A stretch of 64,000 nucleotides of DNA from Octopus sinensis (Eukaryota), in NCBI RefSeq assembly GCF_006345805.1, contig NC_043007.1, forward strand, positions 53,506,001 through 53,570,000, in the 5' to 3' direction. The notes below the pieces were generated by a model that saw nothing but the letters and a program-made list of their open reading frames with translations, was not told the DNA's origin and did not search any database. Position 1 is the stretch's first letter, and each line of letters starts with the position of its first letter. Positions 33,350 through 44,879 of the stretch are shown one piece after another. A program made the position numbers and the translations under genes.

Positions 33350-35180
33350 AAAAATTGAAATACTGGAAACAGTTCTGCAGAAATTGTCATGCCCAGGCCA
33401 AGACCTCATAACAAGTTACTGGCTGAAGAATTTCACTTTTATCAGCAAGATCTCATACTGTTGTATGGAGAAAGTATAAAGGGCACACAAGAACAGCCCC
33501 AATGGTTATCAACTGCAACCACTCTCCTCATCCTCAAAAATAACCAAACTACACTTACTAAAAATTACTGCCCTACAGCCTGCTAAAACAACATGTACAA
33601 ATTATACACTGGGTGTCTCAATCTATTTTTGCAGGATCATTGTGCCACCAACAACATTATAACACCTGAGCAAGTTGAGGGAAAGAAGGAAGTGTAGGGC
33701 TGCATACAACAGCTATGAATTAAAACAATCCAAGAAAAAGCAGAAAAAAACTTTACAGTAACTTGGCTGGACTACAAGAATGCTTTTGATAATATACCAC
33801 ATAGATGGATTATCAAGGCTTTACAGCTGGCCAAAGTTCCACAATCATTAGTGAGTGCTGTTAAACACCTGACCAATAATTGGTTCATCACTTTGCTCCT
33901 CAGAAGTGATAAGGAGCAGATTAAGTTGGATAGCATTCACTATCAAATAGGTATCTTTCAGGGTGATAGCCTGTCAGTGTTACTCTTTGTCCTCTCATTA
34001 AATCCACTATCATACCTGCTCACAAAGCATAGTGACCAGAGAAATGGATCCAGAAGTATCGCTCATCTTTTCTTTGTCAATGACCTGAAATATCAACCAC
34101 AGGAAAAAACATTTGGACCCAATTTCTGTAGGAAATTGGGATGAAATTTGGTGAATTCAAATGTGCATTTTAAACGATAAAACGGAGAAAAGTTGTGCCC
34201 TCCTCTGGAAACCCAAGAATAAACAGCTTAACAATAGAAACCCTATAGTCAGGTGACAATTATTGGTATCTTGGACAAGATGGGTATATCAGATATTACA
34301 GATTTATAAATAAGGAGAGGACCAGAAATGAATACCTCAGGAGAGCAAAGAAAATATGGTTATCAGAACTCTCAACTTACAACAAGCATATCATCCACAA
34401 CACTTTTGCAGTGCTTACATTTGATCTTTTGAACTGGTCATGGCAAGAACTCAATGAGACAGATGTTTGAACTTGCAAGCTATTCAGTGTTACAGGAAAC
34501 TTCAACATCAATGGAGATGTAGACAGGCTATACTTCCCATGCAAGGATGGTGGCTGTGGTTTCAAATCTGTATTGGTGTCATATGAAGTATAGATTGTGG
34601 CACTAAAATAACATCTGCAGTAGAGGAAAGAGACCAGTAACTATCTTGCCTAAGTTTGTGACCATGAAATCTACGACATAATTAGGATAGTTAATATACT
34701 TGAGGAGAGGTATAAAATAAGAGCTGATTACAGATCTCTCCCTAAGGGGCATTGATAAACAACAAAATTTAAAAAATAGACCAGTTCAATGAGAAGATAG
34801 TACGTGGGTACTTGTCACATAAAATGCAAGCCATACAAGGGATTGATCATGTTAAAAGCTTCGCATAGAGTACTGAAAGCTGCATCTATGCAATCCAAGA
34901 ACAAGAGATCCCCACATGCTGAGAGACCAAGACTGAAGACATCAACTACATTATTGCCAACTGTGAGCAAATGTCTTCCTGATATTATCTTCCCATGAGG
35001 CATAATGTGGTGGCCAGAATAGTCTGGAACAGAATTACAAAAAAGAAAATACCTACAAACGAAGTTGACCATATTGAGGCAGATGGGTAAAAAAATATAG
35101 ATGGAAATTAAAGATTAAAACAGCTATCAAGTTAAAGCACAACCGACCACAAAGAAAAGATATGTTCTGTTGTGGAAATC
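33350..35180 (+). mobile_element. Decayed RLE-type non-LTR retrotransposon (R4/Dong-like)
   Basis: Motifs: KNYCPTAC; WLDYKNAFDNIPHRWI; GIFQGDSLSVLLFVLSLNPLS; HLFFVNDLK; YLPMRHNVVARIVW (RHN after CCHC); KHNRP. Confidence 0.75.
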
Positions 35181-35199
35181 AGCTGTGTCCTCTGGGCAC

Positions 35200-35620
35200 A
35201 AATATGGTTAGAAAAATACAAGAGAAAGAAGACATATATGTACCTTAAGGTTAATTTAGGAAAGACTAAAGTACGACTAACTGACAGAACCCTACCCACC
35301 TCAGATAGGTGGCCATGTTTGATTTGTAGGAAAGGTGTAAGCAGGAACTCCATACAGTGTAAGCTATGGACACACAAGAGGTGCAGTGGATTAATAGGAA
35401 GGTTATCAGAGAAGATAGTTTTCATATATGGAAGATGTACAGAATCCATAAAAACTTTAGAGACTCTGGAAATTGATTCTCTCAAATGCCCTTGTGACTC
35501 ATTAGAGGTAGTAGGTAATTTCTACTACCTAGGGGACCAAATTATTAGTGGGAAATGATGCACAGAGAGTGTGATAGCTAGAATAAGAACAGGATGGAGG
35601 AAATTTAAGCCTTAAATCTA
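35200..35620 (+). mobile_element. RTE LINE internal fragment
   Basis: LKVNLGKTKV...WPCLICRKGVSRNSIQC...LEVVGNFYYLGDQI is homologous to the other RTE copies. Confidence 0.75.
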
Positions 35621-36144
35621 CATGCTACATCATGTCGACCTGATATGGCATGTCATTTCAGCCTGCTACAGATCTGATATAATGATTTGGGATAGAGAAG
35701 AGAAATTGTGTACAGCTGTGGAAATCAGTTACCCCAGCAGATGTTAACATAAAGCTGAAGATCAGTGAAAAAGAGAATCTGCAGTTATTCTATCCAGACT
35801 ACAAGTTAAGGTTTATACACTCACACACACATACGTCCACTGTCTGAAGTTTTGAATTTTCTTATTGGAATAAGAGCTTCTCCTCCAGATTTCTGTTACT
35901 TAAGCTAGCCTCAATCAGCTATAAGTGACAAGTAGAAGACGTCATAATTATATTTGTCAAAATATGCACTGAAATTAATTTGTTCGACTGTCCTCAATTT
36001 ACATAGTGGTCGATCATTGCCTCCACTAGGAATTAATATTGAATATCGGTGTCATAAGTATGACGCTGTTCCAAGGGAAATAACTTTCAATATACTCAAT
36101 ACAACACAGTCGAGGCTTGTTGGAGCGTATACGTGTCAGCCAAC

Positions 36145-37401
36145 ATGCAGTGCAGATTTTTCCGTCCAGTGTCGTTGTTTAGATTAATCCAAACGTTTTC
36201 TCCACACAGTTTCACTTCTCTCCGAATTTCCGCACCTGGGAGTACTCTGCAACGTGTGAATTACCAGTCGACTGAAGTTGAAAAGAAACTTTTTACACCA
36301 GGTCCTCTATGCACCACATCGACAGTGCGTGAAGCTATGTTAAAAGATCTAGGTTCGCGAGACATTCAATTCATCCAATGTGTAAGAAATATTCGACAGA
36401 AAATTCTGGACATCGCACAAGTAAGCAATCTTGAATATACGTCAATACCACTCCAAGGCAGCGGAACTTACGCTGTCGAAGCAGTCTTTCAATCAACAGT
36501 TCCTCGGAGTGATGGTAAAGTTCTGATCTTAGAAAACGGTGCCTACGGTAAACGTATCGCAAAAATCTGTGAAGTCGCAGGTATTTCAAAACGTGTACTG
36601 AGCTTCCCTGAAAGCTCTGCTGTAAATGTTAATGTTGTTGAAGATGTTTTGAAAGATGATCCCTCATTTACTCATGTCGCTATTGTTCACTGTGAAACAA
36701 GTTCTGGAGTTTTCAACCCGATTGTGGATGTCGGGCAGATCGTCAAAAAATACCTTCAGAATTGTATTTATTTTGTGGATGCAATGAGTAGTTTTGGTGC
36801 AGTTCCGCTTGATTTCGCCGCCGGTGACATTGACTTCATGGTCAGCTCAGCAAACAAATGTTTACAAGGTGTTCCTGGTTTCTCTTACGTAGTTGCAAAG
36901 ACTAGAAAGTTATTAGAATGCCGTGGATATTCTCGCTGTCTTACTTTGGATCTTTATGATCAATATCAAAACTTAGAAGCGACAGGCCAGTTTCGATTTA
37001 CTCCGCCAACACATACGATGCTGGCATTTCAGCAAGCTATCGTGGAATATGAAAAAGAAGGTGGCTTGAAAGGAAGGTCAGCTAGATATATGGAAAATCG
37101 ATCTATTTTGGGAAAAGGTATGAAAACACTTGGTTTCAAAGAGTTACTGACAGATCCAAATCAGGCAAATTATATCATAACTTCATTTTTCTTTCCCAGC
37201 GATCCACATTTTGATTTTAATACATTCTACAGCAAATTAAACGATTTAGATTTTGTAATATACCCTGGCAAAGTATTGGAAGCGAACTGCTTTCGAATTG
37301 GAACAATTGGTGAGGTTTACCCCTCTGATGTTAAGGAGTTATTAAAAGCTATCAAAACGGTTTGCCTCGAAATGAATATTACACTCCCTTTGGACGATTA
37401 A
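36145..37401 (+). CDS. phnW: 2-aminoethylphosphonate-pyruvate transaminase (AEP aminotransferase, class V PLP enzyme), intronless, with putative mitochondrial presequence
   Basis: Uninterrupted 418-codon ORF from an ATG in CAAC-ATG context (the track starts at upstream GTG 36133). PhnW motifs: LFTPGP, DLGSRD, QGSGTYAVEA, NGAYGKR, VHCETSSG, VDAMSSFG, SSANKCLQGVPGF (PLP lysine), QFRFTPPTH, IYPGK, FRIG. Confidence 0.93.
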   Translation: MQCRFFRPVSLFRLIQTFSPHSFTSLRISAPGSTLQRVNYQSTEVEKKLFTPGPLCTTSTVREAMLKDLGSRDIQFIQCVRNIRQKILDIAQVSNLEYTSIPLQGSGTYAVEAVFQSTVPRSDGKVLILENGAYGKRIAKICEVAGISKRVLSFPESSAVNVNVVEDVLKDDPSFTHVAIVHCETSSGVFNPIVDVGQIVKKYLQNCIYFVDAMSSFGAVPLDFAAGDIDFMVSSANKCLQGVPGFSYVVAKTRKLLECRGYSRCLTLDLYDQYQNLEATGQFRFTPPTHTMLAFQQAIVEYEKEGGLKGRSARYMENRSILGKGMKTLGFKELLTDPNQANYIITSFFFPSDPHFDFNTFYSKLNDLDFVIYPGKVLEANCFRIGTIGEVYPSDVKELLKAIKTVCLEMNITLPLDD

Positions 37402-37750
37402 TTTCAAACTATTTAGATAAAAACTTTGTTACTTTATATCTATTTTCATATCTAATTTTACATTATTGGCGTTGAGGGTGCTAAGTTTTCTAATCATGAG
37501 CTTTGTGTGTGTGTGTGTGTGTTTGCGATTGCGCTGGTGTTTATCAGTCGCTGTTATATTTCTCTAATAAGTATCTTGATTTGAGGGTGTATGCTGAAAT
37601 GTAAGCGTTTACACCTTGGATGAGCAATTTCAACGCTCTGCAAAATGCAATATTTTCATTTCATTTATTGCTTCTGGTGTCAGTACATCGTTATATTGCG
37701 ACCTGATCACCAAACACAGTTCCACAGTATATGAATTTTCTGCTGCTTAA

Positions 37751-37756
37751 AATAAA
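37751..37756 (+). promoter_or_regulatory. Candidate polyadenylation signal of the AEPT gene
   Basis: AATAAA 350 nt after the stop codon, directly before a (TA)n tract. Confidence 0.4.
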
Positions 37757-37800
<44 letters not shown>

Positions 37801-37808
<8 letters not shown>

Positions 37809-38082
37809 ATTCGAGACAAAATCACTATTTTAAAACCAAACAAGGAAAGACTTAATCAATACATAAAATTTTAATATAAATTAAATAAACCGCCACTACA
37901 ATTGTAATCAGTATCAAAATTTGATACTGATTAGAAGATCGAAAATCCACCTGAAGATTGTCGGTAGCAGACATGAAACAATTGTAGTGGCGGTTTATTT
38001 AATTTATATAAAAATTTTATGTATTGATTAAGTCTTTCCTTGTTTGGTTTTAAAATAGTGGTTTTGTCTCGAATTATATTAT
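37801..38082. repeat. Foldback element (about 100-bp inverted arms) with hammerhead-containing centre
   Basis: ATAATATAATTCGAGACAAAA...CCGCCACTACAATTGT is mirrored by ACAATTGTAGTGGCGG...TTTTGTCTCGAATTATATTAT. An inner hairpin AATCAGTATCAAAATTTGATACTGATT is present. Confidence 0.92.
37947..37990 (+). ncRNA. Minimal type I hammerhead ribozyme motif
   Basis: CCAC-CTGAAGA-T[TGTC ggtagca GACA]T-GAAA-C-AATT-G-TA-GTGG. Stem I is CCAC/GTGG, stem II is TGTC/GACA and stem III is the palindrome ACAATTGT. The predicted cut is after GUA at 37986. Confidence 0.7.
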
Positions 38083-38162
38083 ATAATATTTTACTATAAA
38101 ATTGGATTTAACCCTAAATCTGATTTTTCCCTGTAATTTTGGATTCATTCCCTAATATTTAT

Positions 38163-38224
<62 letters not shown>

Positions 38225-38503
38225 GTGTGTATGTATATATATATATAATCAACTACAAAAACGGAGGGAAAAAAGAAAGAAAAGGGAAATAAATATTCGG
38301 TCGTATTAATGTTAATTGTTGAAATTATTTTGTTTTTTCTTTTTACTGTTGCAGTGATATGCATTTGTTTTATGTACACTATGCATATTGGTGCCTCCCT
38401 GAGTAAGCTAAACTTCCTATTCTCTTTCCTTAGATTTCGCACTTTGCCTGTTATAATTTTATACTGATGTTGACTAAATTATGATATTCTTACCTGGTTA
38501 AAA

Positions 38504-38913
38504 GGATCTTTTCGGTTTGAAGGGCAGTTTTTAACATAATTTCTAGGTAACTAAAAATTTTAAAACTTCGTATACTGGTAGAATGTATTTATAAAACATC
38601 TTTTTCTTTTGGCTTTATTGAGAAAATTCTATAGTTTGTAAGATATTTATTTTTTTTTCTTCAATTTCTGCAATTTCAACCAATCACTGACGTCTATTGA
38701 GGTAAAAAACATTCTGTGCCGTATGAATATGTCCCTCGTTTAAGAAACAGATTGGGTTTATTTACATTTGTGAAAAAAAGATACCCTCCCCCACCCCTAA
38801 CACTAACCCTAAAACAGATTGAAACGCAATAGATCAATACTAGGGTCATAATTATGGGTGACAATTTCATATGACACCGCTAGAAAAAACTACCATTCAA
38901 ACCAAAAAGATCC
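38504..38913. mobile_element. MITE-like element with about 30-bp imperfect TIRs
   Basis: GGATCTTTTCGGTTTGAAGGGCAGTTTTT versus AAAAAACTACCATTCAAACCAAAAAGATCC. Confidence 0.55.
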
Positions 38914-39188
38914 GGTTAAATTATCCAAATACTAGTTAAATATTGCTAGGTAGTGAGTCTCACTTGAATTTAAATGCCTTGTGCCTTGATGATATTGGCT
39001 CAGAAGAACATTTGGATGGGGTTAAAGCAAAGTTCGTGAACGAGGAACTCAGGAATAGGGCAGTGTCTTTGAAAAATTCTAAAATATGCATGATTTTTTG
39101 TAGCTTAGAAATGGAAGGACAGCATCCATTATCCTTTCCTGAGACTCTGGGATTAATATCTTTTCTATTTGTTAAATCTGGGGGAAGG

Positions 39189-39505
39189 TTGTAAAAACTA
39201 ACACTTCCTCTCTTTGAGCTTAGATTTGAAACCGAATCTAAAGATTCTTGCTTGTCTGATCCACCACTAACCAAACAGGTGCGAAAGAAATTTCTCTTTC
39301 CTGTCAAAAAATGATGGATTGGTTCCCTTTGACCTCTGACCTCAGCTATGTCAGGTGAAGTTCAAATGGAAACGATCCATCATTTTTTGACAGGACAAAG
39401 AAATTTCTTTCGCGCCTGTTTGGTCAGTGGTGGATCAGACGAATGAGAATCCTTAAATTCGGTTTCAAATCTAAGCTTGGAGAGAGGAAGTGTTAGTTTT
39501 TACAA
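39189..39505. repeat. 317-bp imperfect palindrome (foldback/MITE-like)
   Basis: TTGTAAAAACTAACACTTCCTCTCT...TGATGGAT is mirrored by ATCCATCA...AGAGAGGAAGTGTTAGTTTTTACAA. Confidence 0.9.
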
Positions 39506-40302
39506 GGCCCATGGCTTTTGCGGGCCCTCTTAGATTGGTAAGATTGATGTAATTAGTGTTTCTCTTGAACCTTTGTAAGTTGTCATCTGTGGAAAAGACA
39601 TAAGACTGGAAAGAATTCCAGAGCATTGATGTTCTGGGAAGGAAGGACTAAGCATAGTGGTTATTGTGAAGATTGGTCACAACATGGATGATGAGAGGAG
39701 AGACAAGTAGAAAAATAATATCTGAGTGGAGATGTCATAAGCTCTATCAGTTCCAAGAAGCTGAGGTCATTATAGTAGCTTTTTATAGTAGATAAGGTAG
39801 AGAGAGAAGTGTACCTGTAGGCCAGAAGCTGGTGTCTGTCTGTGAGTAACTATGCCAATCAATTGGGCAACTCTTCTCTGGATGTTTGTGTATGAAGTTA
39901 TTCTCAGACCAGAGATCCAGACCAACTGCTTCCTCCAATAAAGTAGACACAAGTGACAGTGCTAACTTAGACAATGGGCTAACTCTACTACCTAATAACT
40001 GGAATGATTACCCTGACAGGTTTTCACACATTTTTCATCTACCATATTTCACTCACAAAGCTATGGTAGAAGACACATGCTGCACAATTGGATTGAGCCA
40101 GAACGTATGTGGCTTCAAGGTGAGCTTCTTAACTATACAACTATGACTGCACCCATTTTGCCTAACTGAACTATTACTACATCACTGTTAAATGGATCTG
40201 AAATTATAGATCCATTCAGATTGTCTACAAATGAGAAATATAGAAATTAACTTGGAAATCTTTTTTTTATGCTTTTTGCTTTGCATCTTTATAGATATAT
40301 TT

Positions 40303-43300
40303 CATCATCATCATCATCGTTTAACATCTGCTTTCCATGCTAGCATGGGTTGGACGATTTTGACTGAAGGCAGGTGAACCAGATGGCTGCACCTGGCTCC
40401 AATCTTGATCTGACAGAGTTTCTACAGCTGGATGCCCTTCATAACACCAACCACTGTAGTGTAGTGGGTGCTTTTTACGTGCCACCAGCATGGGGGCCAG
40501 TCAGGTGGTACTGGCAATGACCTTGCTCAAATCTTTTTACACATGTCACCGGCACAGGAGCCAGTAAGGTGATGCTGGTAATGATCAAGCTCGAATGGTA
40601 CCCTTGTACGTACCACCGGCATGGAAGCCAGTTAGCCACTCTGGCAACAATCACGCTTGGATGATGCTCTCTGGCAATGATCACGCTCGGATGGTGTTCT
40701 TGGCACCCTACTAGCATGGGCACAAGTGCCAGTAAGGTGACGCTGGTAACGATCACACTTGAATGGTGCCTTTTATGTGCCACTGGCACGGAAGCCGGTT
40801 AGCCGCTCTGTCAATGATCACACTAGTATGGTGCTCTTTGCACCCCGCTAGCCTGGAAACCAGTCATCGAATCTGATTTTGATTTCACTTGCCTCAATAG
40901 GTCTTCACAAGCAGAGTTCAGTATCCAAAGAAGGAAAAGGTACGCATAAGTGGGCTGGTTACGCTCCTGGCATAGGCCATGGGTTATGGTTTCATTTGGC
41001 TTGACGGGTCTTCTTAAGCACAGTATATTTCCAAAAGTCTCGGTCACTAGTCATTTCCTTGGTGAGGCCTAAAGTTCGAAGGTCGTGCTTCACCACTTCA
41101 TCCCAGGTCTTCCTGGGTCTACCTCTTCTACAGGTTCCCTCAACTGCAAGGGTGAGGAACTTTTTCACACAGCTATCCTCATCCATTCTCGCCATATGAC
41201 CATACCAGCGCAGTCGTCTCTCTTGCACACTACATCTGACGCTTTTAGGTCCAACATTTCTCTCAAGGTACTTACACTCTGTCAAGTATGCACACTGACA
41301 TTACACATTCATCAGACCATACAGGCTTCATTCCTTGCGAGCTAACGCATGTCCTCAGCAGTCACACCCCATGTTTCACTGCCACGTAGCATGGCTGTTC
41401 ATACACAAGCATCATACAGTCTACCTTTGTCACCAGCAGAGAGGCCCTTTGTCACCAGCAGAGGTAAGAGCTCTCTGGACTTTGCCCAAACTATTCTTAT
41501 TCTAGCAGCTACACTTTCAGAGCACCCTCCCCTGCTACTGACTTGGTCACCTAGGTAACGGAAGCTATCAACTACTTCTAGTTTTTCTCCTGGGATGCGG
41601 CAGAAGTTGTTCTCTGCGAATTTTCAGTGTTTATTGCTCCCGAGCATCTGCCACATACAAAAACTATCTTCCCCGTTAGCCTTCCTTTGATATTGCTGCA
41701 CCTCTTATATAGCTTACACTGGGTACATCTTATAGAATTTCTACCTACGCCTCTACTACAGATTGGGCAGGGCCATCTACCTGAAGGGATTTGTGGTTTG
41801 CCTACCTTCCTACTTATTAGGACTTTGGTTTTAGCTAGGTTGATTCTAATCCTTGTTTCCACACTTGAAACTTCTCCTCTAGTTCTGATAGTGACTCAGC
41901 AATTAGAGCAAGGTAATCAGCATAGAGGAGTCTCCTGTCTTGAATTCCTCTGTTATTGTCTGGGGGACTATGATAAATAGGAGGGGGCTGAGGACTGAAC
42001 CTTGGTGGACCCCTACCTCCACCCTGAATTCTTCAGTGTACTCATTGCCAACCCTCACCTTACTTACAGCATCCCTGTACATGGCTTGCACAGCTCTCAC
42101 TAACCATTCATCTATCCCTAGTTTCCTCATTGACCACCAGATAAGGGATCGGGGGACCCTGTCAAAGGCTTTCTCCATGTCAACGAAAGCCAGGTGTAGG
42201 GGCTTAACTTTGGCTAGGTATTTCTCCTGCAGCTGTCTTACCAGAAATATGGCATCAGTGATGCTTTTCCCTGGCACAAAACCAAACGGACTCTGTCCCT
42301 AATCAGTTGGGCTATGATCCTCTCCGTAAACTTCATTACCTGATCCAACAGCTTGATACCTCTGTAATTATTTGTATCTAAAGCATCACCTTTACCTTTG
42401 TAGCAGTTGACTATTATGCTGCTACACTAGTCATTAGCAAATTTTTTCTTATCTGCTTCCCCTCTGGCTAAATAAACCTGCCTCCTAGTTTTCCTTCTGG
42501 CAGTCTGATACACTTCTCTGCTACCACTGTTCTTCCAGTCTTTCTAAGCCTGTTTCTTTTGTCTAATAGCCCTGTCAACAACATTGTTCCACCACCACGT
42601 TATTTTGGGTCGAGAGGGAACTTTGCACCATCCACAGATCTGGTCGGTGGCCCATAGCAGGTTGTCCCATACGAACCTCCAGTTGTCTTCTACACCATGT
42701 GAAGCTATATCCCCTTCTATTTCTTCAAAGGCTTTGAGTAATATATCTCTAAATCTCTGCCCATTTGCAGGATCTTTAAGTCTCCAGACCCTTCTTCTTG
42801 CTGGTCGTCTTCTGGGCATCCATTTAGCCCTGATCCTGAAGTCACTAACTAGCAGTCTATGTTGTGGGGTACATTCTTCACCTGGGAAGGTTTTGGCATT
42901 TATAAGCAGCTATCTTTCCCTTTTCCTGGTGAGGATGTAGTCAGTCTCACTAGTGTGTCTGCCAGAGCGGTAGGTAACTAGGTGACTTGCAGGTTTTCTG
43001 AAGTTAGTATTGCAAACCATAAGATCATTTGTGTCACAGAACTCCAGCAGCCTGGTTCCCTCTTCATTGCGAGAGCCAAAACCATAGCCTCCATGTATGC
43101 CATGGAAGCCCACTGAATGTTGGCCAACATGTCCATTGAAGTCACCATCCACAAAGAGAAGGTCCCTGTCATTCGTCAACGTGGTAGTCTGCAAGAGGGT
43201 GTCATAGAATCAGTCTTTCTGTCCACCGGGTAGCCCTGGTTGAGGGGCATAGGCTGAGATAATGGTTGCTAACCCATGATAGAACACTAATCTAATCCTA

Positions 43301-43980
43301 AGTATTCTGTCGCATACTCTGACTACCTCAATTACCTTATCTACCCATTTCTCCGCAAGAAGTATACCCACACACCCAACCCCGCCAGTGTTCCCTGCCC
43401 AGAAAATCTTGCACCTGTGCTCTTTGCCTGTGCGGAACCTAGCAGAACCTCCTCTCCACCTTACTTCTTGGATGCAGCACATATAAACACATCTCCATTC
43501 AAGCATCTCAACGATCTCACCAGACTTACCTTTCAGTATGCCAACATTGAGAGTGCCAACCCTGAGGGTGTGGGAGGTATGGGCCCTAGAGACCCTGGGA
43601 CGGGGGACAGTGGCGTCTTGTACCTGAAAAGAGAGCTCGCATTTGGCAGAATTCATAAGCAAACAATAGTCTTAAGTTCAATTTGCGTACACTATACTAT
43701 CATATTTTGCACTGTATGATCACTACCTTATATAGTAGGGGTGGGGATGGCATAAAGCCTTTAAAGGTGTTCATGGGAGACAACCAAAGGATGACAAAAT
43801 AAGGACTTCCAGTACATGTGGAGGGGGTGGGAGGGTGGGCGAACCATGAACTAGCAAACATGGGCGAGTGCTAGGAATTAAGAGAGACAGACAGGGTGAA
43901 GGCTGATAGATGGATGGATAGATAGAAACATAGTGAGCCAGAGAGGGGCGGGTCACGACATGCAGGAGGAATGGTTTCGG
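40303..43980 (-). mobile_element. RTE LINE, near full-length, frameshifted
   Basis: LRVGTLNVGILKG/CIQEVRW (43210..43662); DGDFNGHV/TDYIL; FVDMEKAFDRVP/GVHQGSVLSPLLF (41903..42277). The 3' UTR has tandem about 60-bp repeats, and the (GAT)n tail is at 40303. Confidence 0.9.
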
Positions 43981-44879
43981 GATTGAGTGGCATAGTTAAT
44001 TAATGAGACAGCAGATGTTGATAATAGTAAATAGAATTGGAGAAAGATAAAATTAGAGACGAATGACTGTGTGATTAACTTTCATAGATGAGTGAAAGTA
44101 TATGTTGCAGATTAAGGAAATGCGCGAGCTAAGGTTATCTTAGACATCAACAAGTAAGACGAAACTATAGAACTATATTTACGTGATGGCATGGTGCTGA
44201 AATAGGCAGAATAGAGAGAAAATAATAATAAGGGTTTATGATGATACGCGCAGAAATACGATGGAAGGTAGGTAACAAGTTGAACGGTTAAAATCTCTTA
44301 TCTGAAATTTTGCATCCTCTGGGATTCATATTTTACAGCCTAGATGTCATAGCTTAAATATAGGTACACACATACACATTGCACACACACACATTTAGAA
44401 AGAGAGATGTAAGGAATATCTCATAGTCATGTGGCTGATGTATCTTAGCTTGCACAAGTTTGTGCCAATTAGTATACATTTGCTAGTCTGGCAACTGTTA
44501 AAAAATTATTAATTTCCTATTACATCAACACATAGAACTTCCTTGTTACTAATGTGTTCAGACAAGAAGACTATGTTTTAAATATAAAAATATACTTCAG
44601 TTACCATGTGTATTCTGGTTTTAAAATTGGTACACTGCATATTGTAAGAAACAACTAGAAGTGTTAATGATGGAATGGTTTCTGTCTATAAAATTTCTTT
44701 AAGCACTTTAAGAAATTTCTGTTCTCCATTAGCTTTGGTAGATATTCAATTTCATGTTATGTATCTCTGCTAATGTTGTGTAGTGGTCTTCATCCATGTT
44801 TATTCTAACAACATTGGTAATTTGTTCCAAGTCAATGTAGAATTCAGGATTTAGAATCTCTTTTGAGCTATTTATCTAG

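Larger units (their letters stand above)
37759..38245. repeat. Long (TA)n microsatellites flanking the 37.8-kb foldback (representative of many TA, CA, CATA and CAT tracts in the window)
   Basis: (TA)n at 37759..37802 and about 38165..38245. Other tracts lie at about 1199, 3230, 3822, 4415, 12546, 13686, 14318 and 16589. Confidence 0.95.

Noticed and set aside
36133-37401. Bacterial phn operon or contaminant contig
   Set aside because: No neighbouring phnX, phnA, pepM or transporter genes and no operon structure. The gene is embedded in metazoan TEs and microsatellites.
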